In this document: one piece after another, positions 20,273 through 27,449 of the stretch | Layout: the number at the start of each line of letters is the position of its first letter | Numbering within the stretch: the first letter of the stretch is position 1 | Origin: Desulfobacteraceae bacterium | GTDB taxonomy: Bacteria; Desulfobacterota; Desulfobacteria; Desulfobacterales; ETH-SRB1 | Direction: 5' to 3' | NCBI GenBank assembly: GCA_013202725.1 | Contig: JABMRH010000192.1 | Coordinates: 1 to 33,480 of the forward strand | DNA: 33,480 nt | Program-made: the position numbers and the translations under genes | Notes under the pieces: model-generated | Databases searched by the model: none | What the model was told of the DNA's origin: nothing | What the model saw: only the letters and a program-made list of their open reading frames with translations

Positions 20273-21802
20273 ATGGCTGAAAAAGCAAAACCAATTGCAA
20301 AAGGTGAAGGCCTCCCTGAGATGCCGGATGAGATTATCCTTTCTCCTGAGAAGCCTCCATTAGACTGGAAGAGACTGCTTTTTATGTCAATAGGGATTAT
20401 CCTGTTTTTAGTTATCTATTTTGCTCCACCATGGCCGGATGCTATTGATCCTATGGGGGAGCATTTTGTCTTATCAAAAGCGGGCAAGGGAGCTCTGGCT
20501 GTTTTTGCGCTGGCCGGCACCTGGTGGGTATTTGAAGTCGTGCCTATAGGCGTAACCAGCATAATGATAGGGGTGCTGCAGGCCCTCTTTCAGGTCAGAT
20601 CCGCCAAAGTAGCCTTTAAGGATTTCATGGACCCCTCTGTTTTGTTTATCTTCGGTTCAATAGTCATTGGCATGGTCTTTACCAAGACAGGGCTGACCAA
20701 GCGTCTCGCGTATAAAATGCTGGAGATTGTAGGAGAAAAGACCAGCATGATCTATCTCGGCTGTTTTGTGGTGACAGCAGCCATGACTCACATCATGGCC
20801 CACACCGCAGTAGCCGCTACCATATTCCCTTTGCTTATGGCTATTTATGCCCTGTACGGAGAAGGTGACAAACAAACCAAGTTCGGCAAGGGGCTTTTTA
20901 TAGGCATGGCCTATGTGGCCGGCGCCGGCAGTATCGTGACCCTTCTTGGTGCGGCACGCGGGGCTGTGGCCATAGGTTTTTATAATGATATTATGAAACA
21001 GGATATAAGCTTTTTCCAGCTTACATATTACATGTTTATCCCGGGCTGGCTGATGACCTTTGCCTTGTGGGGATATTTCATGGTTGTCCTAAAACCCGAG
21101 AAAAAAACCATTCCAGGACTCCGCGAGAAAGCGAAAAAACTCAATGCCCAGTTGGGAAAGATTACCAAGGATGAGATTATGGCCATAGTCATCGTTGCTG
21201 CGGTGATTATTTTCCTGGCACTGCAGTCCTTTATACCGGAGTTGAAGATATTTAATAAAACGGCAGTTATTTTAGTTTCAACCGTAATATTTTTCCTTGT
21301 AAAAATCCTGGATATCAATGACCTCGAAGCAGTACCCTGGAATATTATACTGCTTTTTGCCGGAGCCATGAGCATTGGTTTTTGTCTCTGGGAAACAGGT
21401 GCTGCAAAATGGATGGCAGTAAACTGGCTGGTGATGTTCAAGGAGTCATCCGCGTTGGTGTTTGTAATGAGTATAGCCTTTTTTGTCATGATTATGACCA
21501 ACTTTATCATGAATGTCGCGGCTATTGCCATATCACTTCCAGTGGCTCTGGTTATCGCCCCATATCTTGGCGTGGCTGGAGAGGTGATACTCTTTGCGTC
21601 ACTGGTCGTAGCCGGCATGCCATTCCTCCTGCTGGTGGGTGCGGCTCCTAATGCAATAGCTTATGAATCAAAGCAGTTTTCAACAGGTGAGTTCTTTCTG
21701 TACGGTATTCCAGCCAGCATCCTTCTGATTGCGTGTGTGGCTCTGAGCGTAGGGGTGATCTGGCCGATTCTGGGAATGCCGATTAGTATACCGACACCAT
21801 AA
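20273..21802 (+). CDS. DASS (SLC13) family anion:cation symporter
   Basis: 509 aa, polytopic. Internal duplication typical of DASS carriers. Starts 12 nt after the CBS gene with a GGGAGGTG SD. Confidence 0.8.
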   Translation: MAEKAKPIAKGEGLPEMPDEIILSPEKPPLDWKRLLFMSIGIILFLVIYFAPPWPDAIDPMGEHFVLSKAGKGALAVFALAGTWWVFEVVPIGVTSIMIGVLQALFQVRSAKVAFKDFMDPSVLFIFGSIVIGMVFTKTGLTKRLAYKMLEIVGEKTSMIYLGCFVVTAAMTHIMAHTAVAATIFPLLMAIYALYGEGDKQTKFGKGLFIGMAYVAGAGSIVTLLGAARGAVAIGFYNDIMKQDISFFQLTYYMFIPGWLMTFALWGYFMVVLKPEKKTIPGLREKAKKLNAQLGKITKDEIMAIVIVAAVIIFLALQSFIPELKIFNKTAVILVSTVIFFLVKILDINDLEAVPWNIILLFAGAMSIGFCLWETGAAKWMAVNWLVMFKESSALVFVMSIAFFVMIMTNFIMNVAAIAISLPVALVIAPYLGVAGEVILFASLVVAGMPFLLLVGAAPNAIAYESKQFSTGEFFLYGIPASILLIACVALSVGVIWPILGMPISIPTP

Positions 21803-21830
21803 GCAAGTATGAGAGCCGGATTTTATGATT

Positions 21831-21870
21831 AAATTGTCTAAGGGGAGTTGTTCTCCCCTTAGACAATTTT
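21831..21870 (+). terminator. Rho-independent terminator of the CBS-DASS operon
   Basis: Perfect 17-bp stem AAATTGTCTAAGGGGAG (21831-21847) / CTCCCCTTAGACAATTT (21853-21869), 5-nt loop, T-rich tail. Confidence 0.8.
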
Positions 21871-21980
21871 GGCCCCGGAAAAATTTAGCATTTCTTAATT
21901 AATTCCTGAAGTTTCTTCATCTTTTCCCATTCGACGTTCGATGTTCATTTTTTTTCAGTCCCTCATTCTCCAACCATAAA

Positions 21981-22026
21981 AAAATTAAAGGCAGTTTCAA
22001 AACGTTTTGAAACTGCCTTTAATTTT
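21981..22026. terminator. 46-nt perfect palindrome, likely a bidirectional terminator (serves the minus-strand operon)
   Basis: AAAATTAAAGGCAGTTTCAAAAC|GTTTTGAAACTGCCTTTAATTTT, symmetric about 22003/22004. Flanked by an A7 run (21978-21984), which reads as a T-run on the minus-strand transcript. Confidence 0.75.
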
Positions 22027-22037
22027 AGTCCATTTCC

Positions 22038-22064
22038 CCGGCGGACCCTTCAGGGGGAGTCCGG
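22038..22064. repeat. 3' UTR arm of a 27-nt perfect inverted repeat (partner at 22182-22208)
   Basis: CCGGCGGACCCTTCAGGGGGAGTCCGG is the exact reverse complement of 22182-22208, which lies inside the last gene of the operon. Confidence 0.9.
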
Positions 22065-22074
22065 TCTCAATACT

Positions 22075-22818
22075 CTATTTGAAAAATTTCAGAAAGGCAT
22101 GCAGATTGGCCATGGGGTGGGAAGGACAGCCGGGTATATAAAGATCCACGGGAAGAAGGCTATCCAGACCCTCAGTTATTTCCGGACTCCCCCTGAAGGG
22201 TCCGCCGGAGATAGAACAACTGCCGACGGCAATAACCACTTTAGGATCAGGTACTGCTTCATATGTCTGTAACAGGGCTGTTTTCATGTTTCTTGAAATA
22301 GGTCCTGTTACAACAATGCCGTCTGAATGACGGGGGGATGCCACAAAGTTGATGCCAAAACGTGCTAGATCAAAGAAGGGGGTGGCCAGAACGTTCAAAT
22401 CTGCTTCACATGCATTACAACCGGCAGCAGAGACTTGACGCAGTTGCAAAGAACGACCAAACAGCTTTTTAAAATGCTGCCTTGCATGGTCGGCCAGAGA
22501 TGGAATCTCACCATCGGTTAACAAATGGTCTTTCTCGGCAACAGAATATCCAAAATCTCTGGTAAAGGAGATAAACCGTCCCTCTGAGATCCTCTCGCAT
22601 ATTCCGCAAAAAACGCAGCGCCCCATATTGATTAACTTTCGATCTATATCAATTGCATCCTGGGGACATGCTGCAGCGCATTTCACCACCAGATCGGACG
22701 GTGCATTTTTATGGACCTGGGGTCGTCCCCGGTACCGGGGCACCAATTCTACCGTCTTTTTTGGATAGGTGCTTGTCCGGTATCCCTGTTCAAATCTGTT
22801 TTTCAGTGTATTGAGCAT
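22075..22818 (-). CDS. NuoB/HyfI/HycG-like small subunit with an N-terminal degenerate ferredoxin-like segment (EhrS-type)
   Basis: 247 aa. NuoB-type ligand blocks: GCNACE, SPRHSDGIVVTGP, GSCSISGGPF, IPGCPSHP. The N-terminal part carries KCAAACP and CVFCGIC. Confidence 0.85.
   Translation of the reverse strand: MLNTLKNRFEQGYRTSTYPKKTVELVPRYRGRPQVHKNAPSDLVVKCAAACPQDAIDIDRKLINMGRCVFCGICERISEGRFISFTRDFGYSVAEKDHLLTDGEIPSLADHARQHFKKLFGRSLQLRQVSAAGCNACEADLNVLATPFFDLARFGINFVASPRHSDGIVVTGPISRNMKTALLQTYEAVPDPKVVIAVGSCSISGGPFRGSPEITEGLDSLLPVDLYIPGCPSHPMANLHAFLKFFK
22182..22208. repeat. Coding arm of the 27-nt perfect inverted repeat
   Basis: CCGGACTCCCCCTGAAGGGTCCGCCGG. On the minus strand it encodes SGGPFRGSPE of the small subunit. 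Confidence 0.9.
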
Positions 22819-22854
22819 TGTATCTCACTTTGGCAGTTAATAGGTTGTTGATAT

Positions 22855-24363
22855 TTATAGATCAAACCCGCAATAAGACAGGTTATAGCTCTTATTGTTC
22901 AGGGGAAAATCTGAAATTTCCGTATTTCTCAGCGACATGGCAAGGCCGTTCCAATTATGAAAGGAAGGGTCCTTTATCTTGTAACGGAGAATTTTTCCCT
23001 CTGCATCGGTAATAATGCAGTGGGAGAGTTCTCCGCGCCATGCTTCATTGACCGTGACTACAAAGGATGATGAAGGCAGGTTAAAAACTTCTGAATCAAC
23101 ACAGTTTGTTTCAATGGTGTCCTTTAAAAGAGATTTTATTATACTGATTGATTGCAGGATTTCTTCTGCTCTCATTTTTGCCCGGGCATAAACATCACCG
23201 GTTGTTTTTGCATTTTCAGGTATATCAATGCCGGGATAATATTCCGTAGCAAAAGTACGCCTTGCATCATAGGGCAGACCGCAAGCACGTCCGGCCGGCC
23301 CCACAAGACCAAGGTGGTTAGCGTCGGAAGTGCTTACTATGCCGCAGTCTTCAAAACGGGCTCTTACGCTGGAAGTGGAAAAAATCAAGTCGATGACATG
23401 TTCCACCTGGGGTTCAAGTTCATTAATTCGTCTCATTAATTCTCTGCTTATTTCATCATCAATGGAAAAACGGACACCGCCCGGGCGAACAAGTCCTTTT
23501 CCCATCCGGTTTCCGCAGATCAAAAGAGACATATTCAGGAAATCACCGCGCATCCTGCCGCAATAATTGGCAGGGGGCAAAAATGCCACATCACCGCTCA
23601 AGGCGCCAAGATCGCCAACGTGATTGGCAATTCGCTCAAGTTCCAGTCCTATGATTCTTATGATACGGGAGCCCTGGTCGGTTTGAATGGATGTAAGGGC
23701 TTCTACAGCCTGGGCAAAGGATACTCCATTTGCAACTGTAGTGTCGCCGGCAATACCTTCGATGATAATTGGAAGACGTTTTGAATCTGCCTTTAATATT
23801 AGATTTTCGATGCCCCGGTGCTGATAACCAAGCTGGATTTCAAGATGCAGCACCCGTTCTCCAATACAATTGAATCTGAAATGACCTGGTTCAATGATAC
23901 CTGCATGGACCGGACCTACAGCCACCTCATGAATTTCGTCCCCTTCGACTGAATAGTAAGGGTAGTTTCCAGGGATATCTTCCGTGTAATCATTGCCAAA
24001 AACGTCTTTTTTGCCTTGGCTGTTGGGATGATAACGCACCATTTTCAGCCAGGGATGATACTTGGGTACAATGCCGAACTGTTCGGCAATCTCCCGCTCA
24101 AACAATTGGAATGGTTCGCATTTATTAGAGAAAGAGGGATATTCATCAGGGGCGTCACAGCCTGCAACAAGCAGTTTGTCTGTCCTCAACACAGCCATAA
24201 GCTTGACTATGCTGTTGTCTGCATATCCAAAATATTGAACAATTTTTCCTCCGCCCCAGACAATCTTCATGGCATTTTTCTGAAAATCATCAAAAGTAAG
24301 GTGGGGAATCTGTTCTCTGGATAAAGCCTGGCCATTTGAAATTTCTAAAAAATCTGTGTCCAT
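22855..24363 (-). CDS. Fused NuoC-NuoD / HyfG/HycE-like large subunit lacking the [NiFe] cysteine ligands (EhrL-type)
   Basis: 502 aa from the ATG at 24363, which has a GGAGGA SD and a TAATG overlap with the upstream gene. The 539-aa six-frame ORF start is rejected. NuoC block FQLFEREIAEQFGIVPKYHPW. Hydrogenase/NuoD blocks GPVHAGIIEPGHFRF, LGYQHRG, IKDPSF. The ligand positions read EGIAGDTTVANG and SYNLSYCGFDL. Confidence 0.85.
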   Translation of the reverse strand: MDTDFLEISNGQALSREQIPHLTFDDFQKNAMKIVWGGGKIVQYFGYADNSIVKLMAVLRTDKLLVAGCDAPDEYPSFSNKCEPFQLFEREIAEQFGIVPKYHPWLKMVRYHPNSQGKKDVFGNDYTEDIPGNYPYYSVEGDEIHEVAVGPVHAGIIEPGHFRFNCIGERVLHLEIQLGYQHRGIENLILKADSKRLPIIIEGIAGDTTVANGVSFAQAVEALTSIQTDQGSRIIRIIGLELERIANHVGDLGALSGDVAFLPPANYCGRMRGDFLNMSLLICGNRMGKGLVRPGGVRFSIDDEISRELMRRINELEPQVEHVIDLIFSTSSVRARFEDCGIVSTSDANHLGLVGPAGRACGLPYDARRTFATEYYPGIDIPENAKTTGDVYARAKMRAEEILQSISIIKSLLKDTIETNCVDSEVFNLPSSSFVVTVNEAWRGELSHCIITDAEGKILRYKIKDPSFHNWNGLAMSLRNTEISDFPLNNKSYNLSYCGFDL

Positions 24364-25787
24364 TAATATCCTCCGCCGATGGTAGCCACCGCATCGATAA
24401 TCGTCTGGTACAAGGAGTCTGGCAACCAGAAGCACAATACAATTGAGGTAAGAAGCAGTGCATACTGGGGCCATACCATACTTGCTTTCTCTGTTATTTT
24501 AATTTCTTCGGCAGTTGTATCGTGAAAGGAGATTTTCATTACCTGATTTGCAAATCCTGCAAAAATAACGCAGAGACTTAAGATAAATATCCCTGCCACG
24601 AAAAAGTGGCCTGTCCTAAAGGCTCCGACAATAATAAATAGTTCTCCAATAAAAATTCCAAATGGGGGAAAGCCGGAGATTCCGGCAAATCCGCCAAAAA
24701 ACGCCACAAAACTTTTGGGCATAAGCTTTGCCAATCTACCTGTCTTTTCAATGAGTCCGCTACCATACCCCAAAAGGATATTTCCGGAAGTTAAAAACAG
24801 GGAAGATTTAATTAAACTGTGATGGATCAGGCAGATAATTGCTCCGAATGCACCAATGCCGCCGATACCTGTACCAAAGGCAATGATTCCCATGTTTTCA
24901 ACGCTTGAATAGGCAAGCATTCTTTTGTATTCAGTCTGTTTGAGGATAAAGGTGGCTGCTGCAATGATGGAGATTAAACCAAAGACAATAAGAATAGTAC
25001 CGGAAAAATCACCAAGTCCTGCTGCATGCATTATTTTGTTGGTTTTAAAAATTCCAAGGTATGCGCAGTTGAGCAATACGCCGGATAAAAGTGCAGATGC
25101 CGGGCTGGGGGCTTCACTATGGGCATCAGGCAACCAGGTATGCATGGGCGCCAGCCCCATTTTTGTACCATATCCAACAAATATAAAAACAAAACCTGCC
25201 TTGAGCCATGTGGGATCAAGCTGTTTTGCCACAGAGGTAAGGGCTGAAAAGGATACAGGAGCGTCTACCTTGCCTATATCCATGGCAAGTGTAATGAGAA
25301 CTGATCCCAGAAGCGCCATGGCAATGCCCACAGAACAGATCAGAACATATTTCCAGGTGGCTTCAAGGGAAGCTTTTGTTCTATGGGTATAAATCAGAGG
25401 AGCACTTGCAAGAGTGGTGGCCTCTATGGCGATCCACATAACCATGATATGGTCTGACATGGTCACCATTGTCATGGTTGCCAAAAAGATCAGCATGGAC
25501 CCGGTAAAAATATGTTCAGACTTAATCTTTGCCGCTTTAAGATAACCTGTTGAGTATATGGCGATCAGGAAAAAGAGCAATGAAATAACAAGCAGGGATA
25601 ACAGTCCCTCAGGTGTTACTGCAAAATAATCCGGGAAAAGAGCAACAGGTCTCTTTATCCAAATCAGAACAGAGAGTCCGAGGTGAAATGCACCAGTGAG
25701 CACCAGGAGCGCACGGCCGGATGACCTTGGAAGAAAAAACGCCATAATGCCGGTTAGAAACGGGGCCAACATAAGGATTTCAATCAT
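24363..25787 (-). CDS. NuoM/N / HyfF-like antiporter-type membrane subunit (EhrD-type)
   Basis: 474 aa, about 14 TM helices. Blocks typical of proton-conducting membrane transporter subunits: LAPMHTWLPDAHSEAPSPASALLSGVLLN, MLAYSSVENMG. Confidence 0.85.
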   Translation of the reverse strand: MIEILMLAPFLTGIMAFFLPRSSGRALLVLTGAFHLGLSVLIWIKRPVALFPDYFAVTPEGLLSLLVISLLFFLIAIYSTGYLKAAKIKSEHIFTGSMLIFLATMTMVTMSDHIMVMWIAIEATTLASAPLIYTHRTKASLEATWKYVLICSVGIAMALLGSVLITLAMDIGKVDAPVSFSALTSVAKQLDPTWLKAGFVFIFVGYGTKMGLAPMHTWLPDAHSEAPSPASALLSGVLLNCAYLGIFKTNKIMHAAGLGDFSGTILIVFGLISIIAAATFILKQTEYKRMLAYSSVENMGIIAFGTGIGGIGAFGAIICLIHHSLIKSSLFLTSGNILLGYGSGLIEKTGRLAKLMPKSFVAFFGGFAGISGFPPFGIFIGELFIIVGAFRTGHFFVAGIFILSLCVIFAGFANQVMKISFHDTTAEEIKITEKASMVWPQYALLLTSIVLCFWLPDSLYQTIIDAVATIGGGY

Positions 25788-25798
25788 GAAAGAATCAC

Positions 25799-26440
25799 CT
25801 ATTCCTTTAAAGTTCTTAAAACCGCAGTGTCAACAACATCAAACTTCTGTTTGATATTCTGAAGTATAATGGCCATGACCATTACACCGGCCAATACATC
25901 AAGAAGAATACCAAATTCCACAATATGATGGGCACGCGTGGAGAACGTCGTTCCAACAAGATAGATTCCGTTTTCCATCATAATATAGCCAAGGACCATG
26001 GCAATGGCATTTCTCCTTGCCATCAGCAGAAACATTCCGGTCACAAGAATTGTTATGGCCGTAGGTATTAACAAAGCACTTTTCATAATTAATGGTACAT
26101 TTAACTTGTAACTCACAACAGATGCGGCAACGATTAATACCAGACCTGCAAACAGGGAGGCATGATATCCGATAATAGGCTCCACCTCCCGACGGATGGC
26201 AACTCTTTTTATAACCAGATAAATGCTCAAGGGGATTACAACTCCCCTGATCCAGAGGGTGACCATGGTAAAAAGAAGACCGCCGCCTGTCATTTCATGA
26301 CCGATAAAGAAAGGCACAATAGAAACAACCACTCCCTGAAAAGCCACGAACCTGATAAGTCCTGTAAGATGGCTGGTTCCCAGGGAAAACAGGACGGACA
26401 GCAGCACAAGGGACAAGATGGTATCGACCGGATGTATCAT
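25799..26440 (-). CDS. HyfE-like (NuoK-related) membrane subunit (EhrC-type)
   Basis: 213 aa, about 7 TM helices, in the operon position of HyfE. ATGA overlap with the upstream gene. Confidence 0.75.
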   Translation of the reverse strand: MIHPVDTILSLVLLSVLFSLGTSHLTGLIRFVAFQGVVVSIVPFFIGHEMTGGGLLFTMVTLWIRGVVIPLSIYLVIKRVAIRREVEPIIGYHASLFAGLVLIVAASVVSYKLNVPLIMKSALLIPTAITILVTGMFLLMARRNAIAMVLGYIMMENGIYLVGTTFSTRAHHIVEFGILLDVLAGVMVMAIILQNIKQKFDVVDTAVLRTLKE

Positions 26441-27354
26441 TTTATAAACTCCATGATGATAACGGTTGCAAAAGAAGCCAGGGCAAAAGAAGTCAGAATA
26501 AATTTTGGCACTTTGTCCATTCTGTAACGGGCCATAACCGATTCAGTAACCCCGGCAGCAACATACACACATATAAGACTACAAATTTCCAAAGCAGGGT
26601 TGAGCGTCTCAAAAGGAAAAAACAAAGGAAAAAGCAGTCGCGAAACAATGGTTGAGTAGAAAAAGAGCTTGCAGAATGATGCTAACTCAATAAATCCAAA
26701 ATCAGGACCGCTATGGTCCAGCACCATAACCTCATGGATCATGGTCAGCTCCAGGTGAGTTGCCGGATCATCTACGGGAACCCTGGAATTTTCTGTTAAA
26801 AGAACGATAAAAAGGGCAATAACAACGAAAAGCATTGTTGAGCCTGCACTATTCCATAGAATAGCGGGATTATTTCCGCTAAAATAGGAAGCAAGGCTTA
26901 ATTCACCCGTCAGTTTGTAAAACAGGATCAGAACCATGAACATTGTGGCTTCGCATATTATGGGGAAATACGCTTCCCTGGCAGCGCCCATTCCTTCAAA
27001 AGGAGAAGCTGTATCCATTGCAGCGGCAATGGTAAAAAAACGTCCCAGTCCAAGGAGATATAAAACAAACAATACATCACCGTTAAAGGAAAAAACAGGC
27101 GCTATGCCTGCAATGGGCAGGAACATTAATGCCGTGGCAGCTGAGCTCAGGGAAATAATGGGGCCAAGCTTAAAGATAATCGTCGTGCTGGTGCTATAGA
27201 CTGATCCCTTTTTAAACAGTTTGATCAAGGTGTAATAATTGATCAGAAACGGTGAGCCTTTCCTTCCCCCAAAAAAAGCCTTGACCTTTATAATAATTGC
27301 GGAAAAGAACGGCGCCAGAAGCATGGCAAGGCACCAGATATAAATTGGTTTCAT
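26437..27354 (-). CDS. NuoH / HyfC/HycD-like membrane subunit (EhrB-type)
   Basis: 305 aa, about 8 TM helices. Loop PVDDPATHLELTMIHEVMVLDHSGP occupies the position of the NuoH/HycD charged loop. Confidence 0.8.
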   Translation of the reverse strand: MKPIYIWCLAMLLAPFFSAIIIKVKAFFGGRKGSPFLINYYTLIKLFKKGSVYSTSTTIIFKLGPIISLSSAATALMFLPIAGIAPVFSFNGDVLFVLYLLGLGRFFTIAAAMDTASPFEGMGAAREAYFPIICEATMFMVLILFYKLTGELSLASYFSGNNPAILWNSAGSTMLFVVIALFIVLLTENSRVPVDDPATHLELTMIHEVMVLDHSGPDFGFIELASFCKLFFYSTIVSRLLFPLFFPFETLNPALEICSLICVYVAAGVTESVMARYRMDKVPKFILTSFALASFATVIIMEFIK

Positions 27355-27449
27355 AGTGCATCCTCTTTCAAAAAACTCAATGTTAATACTATGCTCAAGC
27401 CCAAACGATCCTTTAGGTCAGTTAACTTTTATATGCCAAAAGAGCACAT

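Noticed and set aside
21895-21948. A 17-codon minus-strand ORF (MNIERRMGKDEETSGIN) between the two terminators.
   Set aside because: It lies downstream of the strong palindromic terminator with no promoter evident. It is very short with only a distant SD-like sequence. It cannot be supported from sequence alone.
24364-24474. A 37-aa N-terminal extension of the large-subunit ORF (the 539-aa version in the ORF track).
   Set aside because: The extension lies entirely inside the upstream HyfF-like gene. The internal ATG at 24363 has a GGAGGA SD and a TAATG stop/start overlap, and the product then begins where NuoC-like domains usually begin.
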